From NCBI RefSeq assembly GCF_009914755.1, contig NC_060935.1: a stretch of DNA of 64,000 nucleotides. One strand, written 5' to 3'. The notes below the pieces were generated by a model. The model was not told the origin of the DNA. It saw only the letters and a program-made list of their open reading frames with translations, and did not search any database. Source of the DNA: the human T2T-CHM13v2.0 reference genome, Homo sapiens. Shown here piece by piece: positions 55,485 through 64,000 of the stretch (its first letter is position 1; every line of letters begins with the position of its first letter). The position numbers were made by a program, and so were the translations under genes.

Positions 55485-58400
55485 TAAGGGGTCCTGAGAG
55501 CAAGAAGTCCAAAAACTCTGCTCTAGGGTGAGGATATAAAACTCTGCCTGGAGAGATCCATGTGGGGGAAACTGTGGCACCCCAGCAGACACCCATGACA
55601 GCAAGGCCCCTGAGGGCTGCCAGCCCAGCCACCACGGGTGGCAGTGCAGGAATAACCTGTGGGGCCAGAGCCCCACCCACCAGCCCACAGATGCGGGAAA
55701 GGTGATGAGGCCTCATGTTAGGCCCAGAAGTTTCAGGGTTGGTCACTCAGAAACAGGTGAGCAGGAACCACCCACGGCCAAGCCGGAGGCTGCTGAGCCA
55801 TGCCCAAGATCAGAGACGCACGCGTCTGGAGCAGCGCCTGACACCTGACCCTGGTGGCTGACCATGCGGCCTGCCTGGCAGTCCTGGGCATGGGATGCAC
55901 ACCCGCACCCTGGCCCACCCAGGGGCAGAAGAGGGGACCACGAAGTTGTGTGTTTTCTGCTGAGAGCATCCACCAGAGCAGAGCTGCTCAGGAGGGCACA
56001 CGGTGCTGCAGGCTGAGCATGTCACACGCAGAGCCAAGGCCGCCTGCTGGGAAGCCCACCGCTGGCAGGGAGCACAGCCTACGCACAGAATGATGCTCTC
56101 ATGGTAATACTCCCCACGGAACCCTGCAGGGGTTCATTTTATTCTATATTGTCATCTTTTTTAACATTAAAAACTTGGCTACCGGTGACACTGATTATTT
56201 CTTTTAACCCACAATATTCATAAGATGGTTGCCAAATTGTAAGAGCAATCTGACCTGCCACCGAAGCCTCCTGAGCGCAGCCTGAGGTCTCCTTGCTGTT
56301 CCTCCTGTCCTCAGACTGTCCCCCATGCCCACATGAGCTCAAGGGCTTTGCTGGCACAGCTCTTCAGCTCAGAGGTTATCCAGGTGATACACAGCCAGGC
56401 TCACCAGTTCCTGCTCACAGAGGCTTCCCTCCCTGCCCCTTCGTCTATTCAACTGATACGGGAGCTGAGTCACATGCGCTCCTGCTGGCTAAATTTGACA
56501 CAGCCCATTCATCAAAATATTATTAAAGACGACAATCGACTGAAAAATATTAAATAAAAACCCACGTGTCCCTGGAACCATGAGGGGGAGGAGGCAAAGG
56601 CAGCCCTTCTGAGACAAAGCACCAGGGAGCCAGGGCTCCCTCCATAGGCCTGCATGGCGAGTCCCCTCCCTCACCTCCGCAGGTCTCAGCTCAACAGCAC
56701 CTTCTCAAAGAGGCCTTCTAGAGCTCCTATTCAAACAGCTCTCCCACGCACCCCCTCCAGGCACCCCATCCCACACCTCCTTACTCCCGTCCCCCTCGGC
56801 AGTGGGGAAGCTGCCCAGGGGTGGCTCCTGTTGCCTCTGTTCACGCGTGTCCGGAGCACTCAGAGCAGGCTGCGCGCATGCAGGCCTCCAACAGGAACCT
56901 GACTCAACCCAGATTCTCAGGCCCACACTCTTGTATTTCATGACACCACTGCTATGACAAATGGTCCTGTCACATGTGGCACAAAGAACAGGGCACGCAG
57001 CAGAAGGGCAGATGTGCCGGGAGGAGGAACCCAGAGCGGCCGCCCATGTAGAGGGCTGGCCGCAGGCTGTGGGGAGAGGCCAGGGCTGTGCAAGACAAAC
57101 TCAACACAGACAAGCCATGCTCACGCCAGCAGCTTTCAACCCACGCCGGAGCTAATTTTATGCTCCTGGGCTCACGCCCAGGCCTGGCCCCAGGCTCAGG
57201 CATCTGGCTCCTCAGGGCCACCTGGCACCATCAGGCCTTTCCATGGGCTGAGGACAAGTCCCAGCAAAGCAGGAGTTAGGAGCTTCCGTAGACGGTGCAG
57301 GCCAAACCCCGAGACAACAGCCCCACCTGGGCTCCTGAGATTGCATTGCTGTGGGGATAGGGTCTGCCAGCCCACAGCCTGCACAGCCACCATGTCTGGA
57401 GGGGAAAAGGCGCTGCTGAAAGGGTGCTTGGAAGAAAAGTCTCCCAACCCGCAAAGGCCACGGGCAAAAGGGAAACAGCATGGTGCCTCCATGCTTTCCA
57501 ACCCTCCAGCTTGCCTGCTTTCTGCAGGGAAAAGCTGCATACCTTTGTGGGAGCTCTTTGCCTCCCCGCCCACCACAGCGAAATGCTCGATGACACAGAC
57601 CAAAATCACCACCACGCAGGGCGAAAAACAGGAGCTGCGGCACTTAACTCACTCACATTAACTAACTCACGTTAGCCCGGGACATCCGCAAACAACTGCA
57701 GGGATGAATGAACAGACATTCCAGCCCAGGGAGCCGTGTGCGCTGGCAAAGGAGACCTTCAAAGAGAAGGGAGCCAGGGACAGCAACGCGACTGTGGCCA
57801 CAGTCCACAGGCCAAGCAGTGCCACAGATCACACGTGGCCTGGAAGCCCTGCCCACCATCTCCTTCTTTTCTCTTTAAGCTTCCACATTTTGTTTGTTCC
57901 AATTGTTTCTACTTCCACTGAACACCAATGGGTGTGCCCCAGCCAGGAGAAATCCTGTGCAGAAAAAAACAAACATGGTGAAGGCAAAGAATGGGAGGCT
58001 CTTCTGGCCAAAGACAGACGGGAACAGCACACGCCCTTCCCTTCCAGACAGGTCTAGCACTGGCAGGAGGCTGCACAAGCAGTAATCACCACGGAGAAAC
58101 AAAGGCCACGGCCCTGTGGCTCCCAACCAGCACTAAGTGGCCCTAACAAAAGTTGCAGTGGGCCCTGGTGTTTCTAACCCAGACCGCTGTGTGGACAAAG
58201 GAGAAACACTGGGGTGACAGGGGCATGGCACAGGGGTCCTCCCTCACAGTGGCCTCAACACCCCTCCTCCCGTACCGGATGACCGCAGCAGAGACCACAG
58301 CTTCCTCTGGAGAGGGGGTCTGGTGGTACACCAAGCCCCTGCTCGATCTGACAGCAGCACTTGGCAGGCAGACCCCTAGGGTGGCTGGCTTTCCCAGGGC

Positions 58401-58637
58401 TGGGAAGAGGCCCTCATGAGCCAGGACACAAGGGTGGCACTTGGTGGTGGCAAAGGTGGGGGCTGCGCTGTCTCAGATACACTCGTGATGAGAAACGCAG
58501 CCCTGCTGTCTACCAGCCCCCGACCAGGGGAGGCCGTCTGCAGCTCCCCTGGTGGGCTCACCCCCAGCTTCAAGGACACTTGTGCAAGGGTTCCTAGTAG
58601 TCAGTCCGAGCAGGAGAAATGGGAGGGGTGTCGCTAG

Positions 58638-58989
<352 letters not shown>

Positions 58990-59589
58990 GACCACTGCTC
59001 TTTTTAAGGTTAATTTGGAAACGGGAGGGATGATGGAAAACTTTTTTTTAAAGAAGAGGACTCTGAATGCAACACCACCCTAGGCAAACACCTCTGAAAC
59101 CCAGGCCTAAGAGTGCCCTGGTGGAGCCCTGATGGAAAGAGGCTATTCCTGAAACCAGACCTTCCAGGGCTGCCCGCTGGAGATACAGCAGACCTGGGCC
59201 AGCCGGCTTCTCTGCTCACACCTCCGCATGTGCTGCTGCTTCTTCCTGGGCCACCTCCTTCCTCCTTCCCTCTTGGAAAAGCCCTTCATACCTGCTCTAA
59301 CCGAGCCCCCTGCTTTTGGCCGCACTCACCCACTCCTCAATTCTCCTGCTGCCTGGGGCCCTTCTCTACCAGCCTGACAGCTCTAGGAAAGCGGGAATGG
59401 CTGTGTCTCCATCTCTGGACCTCCGCCCCAGCACAGAGCCTGGTACACGGCAGCCCATGAACTCAGGAATCTGGGGCCCCCGGCTGAGGAACAGGCCCAG
59501 CTCACTGTCCTAAAAGTCACAGTCACAAACCGCGGATCAGTGGTGGAAGGAGAGTGGCAGATGCACATCTCCCCAGGACGGAATTGCAC

Positions 59590-59935
59590 TTGGTGATGAA
59601 GAGGACGGAGCTGCAGACACACGCAACGCCATGGATGGACGTTCGCAACACTGCGCCGCATAGGACAGGCACACAGCCCGTGTACTGGGATTCCATTTGC
59701 ATGATTCAGCTCACCCACACAGATGGCGGGAGACTGGTGGCCGCCTCGAGGCTGGAGGTGGGGATGGGGAGCAGTGCCAGTGGACATGAGGCTTCTCTGG
59801 GGCATGATAGCAAAGTTCTCAAATTAAACTGTGGTGATGGTTACTCAGCCCTGTAATTTTACCAAAAATTATTTAATTGCAAACTTAAGTTAACTTTATG
59901 GTATGTAAATTATACCTCAATGAGGCTGTTAAAAG
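59590..59935 (+). mobile_element. L1MB/ME 3'-end fragment
   Basis: aaagttctcaaattaaactgtggtgatggtt...actttatggtatgtaaattatacctcaat. Confidence 0.75.
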
Positions 59936-60172
59936 AACTCTAGAGATTCAAGCAAGTTCAGCCTGGGTGTCCTCATAATCAGAATCAATTGTCAACCACC
60001 AGTAACATCCTCCCATGCGGCAAAGAAAAGAAAGAAGAAAAACAAGGTCATCATCACTCCATTCACATTCCTGCAGAGACACACACTCACGAGATTTTAT
60101 CTCGGTCAGAGAGGAGGACCCCTGAAGGCAGCTGGGAGAGCCAAGTTAGTAAGCACAAGCTAGCAGCCCCAA

Positions 60173-60285
60173 AGAGGCCCTCCCCACTCACCTGCAGTCT
60201 GTCTTCAATCAGAGCTGAGTCAGTAAGCACAGGCCAGCGGCCCCAGAGAGGCCCTCCCCATTCACCTGCAGTCTGTATTCAATCA
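60173..60285. repeat. Direct repeat, 39-bp copies with starts 74 bp apart
   Basis: agaggccctccccaYtcacctgcagtctgtMttcaatca at 60173 and 60247. Confidence 0.85.
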
Positions 60286-61819
60286 CCAGCACTGTGGTGC
60301 CACAGCCCGAGCCCGCTAACCCACAGTTCACCTGCTGCTTGGAGAGTAACCAGGGCACTGGTGTCAAGGCACCGTGCGGCCTCAGAAGGAGCCAGGAGAG
60401 CCCCAAGGAAGGGTGCCTGAGATACGTGCCCCCTTGCCCTGGCTGTGGCCAGCCAGAGAAGGTGCCTGGAGGAGAGGGGCCTTTCCCCACAAACTCCACC
60501 ACACTGGGCCCTGTGCAGGGCCAGCAGGAGGGCGGCTACATTCCCATCAGTCGGGAGGGGAGGAAGTGTGTTTCCTCTCCTGTATTCCCAGATGCTCAGC
60601 TGCTCCTGGGCTGTGCGTTCCGTTGGGTAACACTGACTGCACACACACCTCTTCACAAATGCCTGTTGTCAGTTGAAGACAAGACAAAAGTTTCTCCTAA
60701 ACTCCAAACAGTGTGTGGTAGAGTTCCTCCCTTCCCTAGCCTCCACAGAAACCACCGCAGCTCAAGCTTCTCCTCTCCACCTGCCTACAACTCAGTGGCG
60801 CGGGATGACATCCTGTCACTGGCTGCCCAGAATGGAACAGAGCTTGTATACAAAAAGTGGAAACCGCTTTCAAGTTACAAATTACTCTTTGTAAAAGGAA
60901 GAAAGAGAGAAAAAAAAGTTTACCTTTACAGCTACTTCACCAGCAAACTCAAAGCAATGCCAAGCAAAGGAAACCTACGAGAAAGAGATGGTGGAGAGCC
61001 ATGCCTGCAAACCTTCTCCGGAAAAGCCCCAGCCACGCTCATCATCACCAGTCCTGACGTGCTGGGCTCTGTTCCGGTTTCCCGAGCAGGTTTCCCTGCA
61101 GGGCCCCCGTTCCTCAGGAGCGGCTAGGAGTGCTGATGATAAGGCTGCTAGAATGCTCAGCAGGCCAGGCTCTTAGCTCTTCTCCCAGTGACAAGGAAGA
61201 CATGGCTTTTCACTTGCACATCCACAGAACACTCTTCCGGTGATCAGAAGAGAACACGGCAGGCAAAGGCACTGTTTGCTGCTACTGTCAAGTCCATACT
61301 TTGTCATCTGAGATGAACTAATTCAAAGAAATCCTTTCTTTAAACAAAAACTTTTAAAACATAAGAGACCTGTATTCCAAACTAACTACTTGGCTGACAG
61401 TGAGTGCTTTGAATTAATTAAAAATATCAAGAAATAGTCAAAAATAACACATTTCCCCAATCCCAGACTGACAGCTAGTTGAAGGATTAATGGCCAACGA
61501 AAGCGCTGGCAATGACCACACAAAAGCTGCTGAGATAGGAGCAAGCTTCTTCACTCACCGCTGACCCCTCTCCAGTGGCAGAGCCTGATTAAGTGAGCAG
61601 TGGACCAGAATGAGAGAGACCTGTGGGTCCCTGCGGCTCGCTCACTCTTCAGCTTTTACAACTTATTTTTATAGTAGATGCTCAATAAACATGTGAAATG
61701 AGCAGAGGGAAGGAGAGACAGAGTAGTCCCTGGGCCCTCTCTGCCCTGCATCCTTGTATACCAGCTTAAAACAGGCTCTGGAGGAAAAGCAGTACTTGAC
61801 CACTGAAATGTACCTCTTA

Positions 61820-62142
<323 letters not shown>

Positions 62143-62480
62143 GGAGGGGGGGAAGCATATATTTAAGGAATTGTTAAAGAATTCATGATTCACAACGTCC
62201 AATAGATTTGAAACCACATATGCAAAGATAACTGCACTCCATGCTAATCCCACTTGAAAATCTCACTGCCCTCTTGGAACTGCCCACTTTTACAGCCAGG
62301 CAACGGCAAACACCTCTTCCCTGGCCAGGGCCCTCTGAGGCAGCAGCTCCAAGGTCCTCACCAGCCTTCCCCTGGCACCCAGACCCAGCCTGGGGCCCAT
62401 GAGATGAGTGTACCACCATCCTTCCCTGGAGGATTACTTGGTTACCAAAGTCTTAACAAGGGTCACAAGAATCTGTCCCC

Positions 62481-62792
<312 letters not shown>

Positions 62793-63436
62793 TCAGTCCC
62801 CCGGAAGCTAGTATTAGTTAATTTCTGAATATTCACAATGATGACAGCAAAATCCACAAAGCATAGACCTCAGTGAGTTTAAAAAGACCAACTGCTGGTC
62901 AGCTTCCAGGCACAAAGTACCTGCTACTTATGAATGTACACAGGTAATAATCACACATTCACAAAACGCACTCAGCTGCCTCCTTGGGAACCCGGCTGAC
63001 TGTGCTGGTCCCGCTGACACGAATCCCTGTGGGTTCAACTCACCGGCTCAAGAGTCTACTTCCCACTCCGAGGCCTGGGTGCTTCCAATGCAGTCCCTCC
63101 CAGTAAATGCAGAAAGCAAGCAAGAGCCTATGATTCGGAATAAAGCAAACACAGCTGTGCGGCCTCAACTCTCAGTGTCCGTGGGTTTCAGAGGCCTTGC
63201 ATGAAACACCTCTCCACACTAACAGTAGCCAACATTTACCACACGCCAAGCACTGGGCTAAGCCTTTACCTTGGTCTCTCCCTCCACAACCATGCACTGC
63301 AAGTCGTACAGTTTCCGCCTTAGGGGTGATTTTTTTAAAGCAGGTGATTTAAAGAAAGAGGTGAAGTGACCACTCACACAGCTAATAAGCGGCAGGGCTG
63401 GAACAGCAGTGTTGCCTCTTCAAGAAGCCATGAGCC

Positions 63437-63723
63437 GGCCGGGCGCAGTGGCTCACACCTGTAATCCCAGCACTTTGGGAGGCTGAGGCGGGCGGATCAG
63501 GAGGTCAGGAGTTCAAGACCAACCTGGCCTTGAAACCCCATCTCCACTAAAAATACAAAAATTAGGCGGGCATGGTGGCGGAAGCCTGTAATCCCAGCTA
63601 CTCAGGAGGCTGAGGCAGGTAACTGCTTGAACCCAGGAGGCAGAGGTTGCAGTGAGCCGAGATCACGCCACTGCACTCCAGCCTGGACGACACAGTGAAA
63701 CTCTGTCTCAAAAAAAAAAAAAA
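63437..63723 (+). mobile_element. AluS-like element, TSD aagMcatgagcc
   Basis: Alu with a small internal deletion and flanking direct repeats. Confidence 0.92.
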
Positions 63724-63944
63724 AGACATGAGCCCTCCCACCCCATGGTTGGTCCCCCGAGCCATCTGTACAGCTGCCCTGACCCCTACACTCTGGCTCC
63801 AGGCCGATCCCCGCTGCACTGGGCACTTCTGCCGTCTCTTGATTCATCCCATTCTGCTTGTCTTCCCTGCTCTCCCCGTCACTGAAGTCCATGCAATGCG
63901 ATGCCAAGAACGGTTCTAATTCCTCTCCTTGGTTATCCTGACAA

Positions 63945-64000
63945 CAACCCCCCGACCCCGCGCCCCCACGCCGCCCCTTCGACTCCCAAGGGCCTGAGAG
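63945..64000. promoter_or_regulatory. Possible edge of a CpG island (upstream MOB2 promoter beyond the window?)
   Basis: Six CpGs within ~30 bp (cccgaccccgcgcccccacgccgccccttcg); too short to be sure. Confidence 0.3.

Noticed and set aside
60294-61127. 277-aa plus-strand ORF
   Set aside because: Non-ATG start, no homology I recognise, no splice structure

Overview
GC-rich primate (human-like) genomic DNA carrying the 5' part of MOB2 (MOB kinase activator 2, human 11p15.5) on the minus strand. Three coding exons can be reconstructed with GT-AG boundaries and consistent phases: an alternative first exon (11005-10896, MLGDHC...MVLQAVSKVLR), exon 2 (5346-5186) and exon 3 (4947-4854). The remaining MOB2 exons lie left of the window. 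The other first exon I recall (MDWLMG) is not in the window; the last ~60 bp become CpG-rich, so most of 11-64 kb is probably intron 1 of that isoform (inference). The rest is interspersed repeats (about 24 Alu pieces, old L1M, L2, MIR, MER44, MER33, MER5A, MaLR LTRs, a MER57-type LTR) plus many minisatellites and local tandem duplications. Nearly all ORFs in the supplied track are artefacts of GC content and repeats. I see no evidence for a new multi-gene system. The best leads are a 3x102-bp repeat beside the alternative first exon, a stop-containing look-alike of the MDWLMG exon, a candidate 51-nt poison exon, and minisatellites born inside transposons that carry repeated splice-like, G4 or E-box motifs. 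Repeat family names were assigned by eye from remembered consensus sequences, so subfamilies and edges are approximate.
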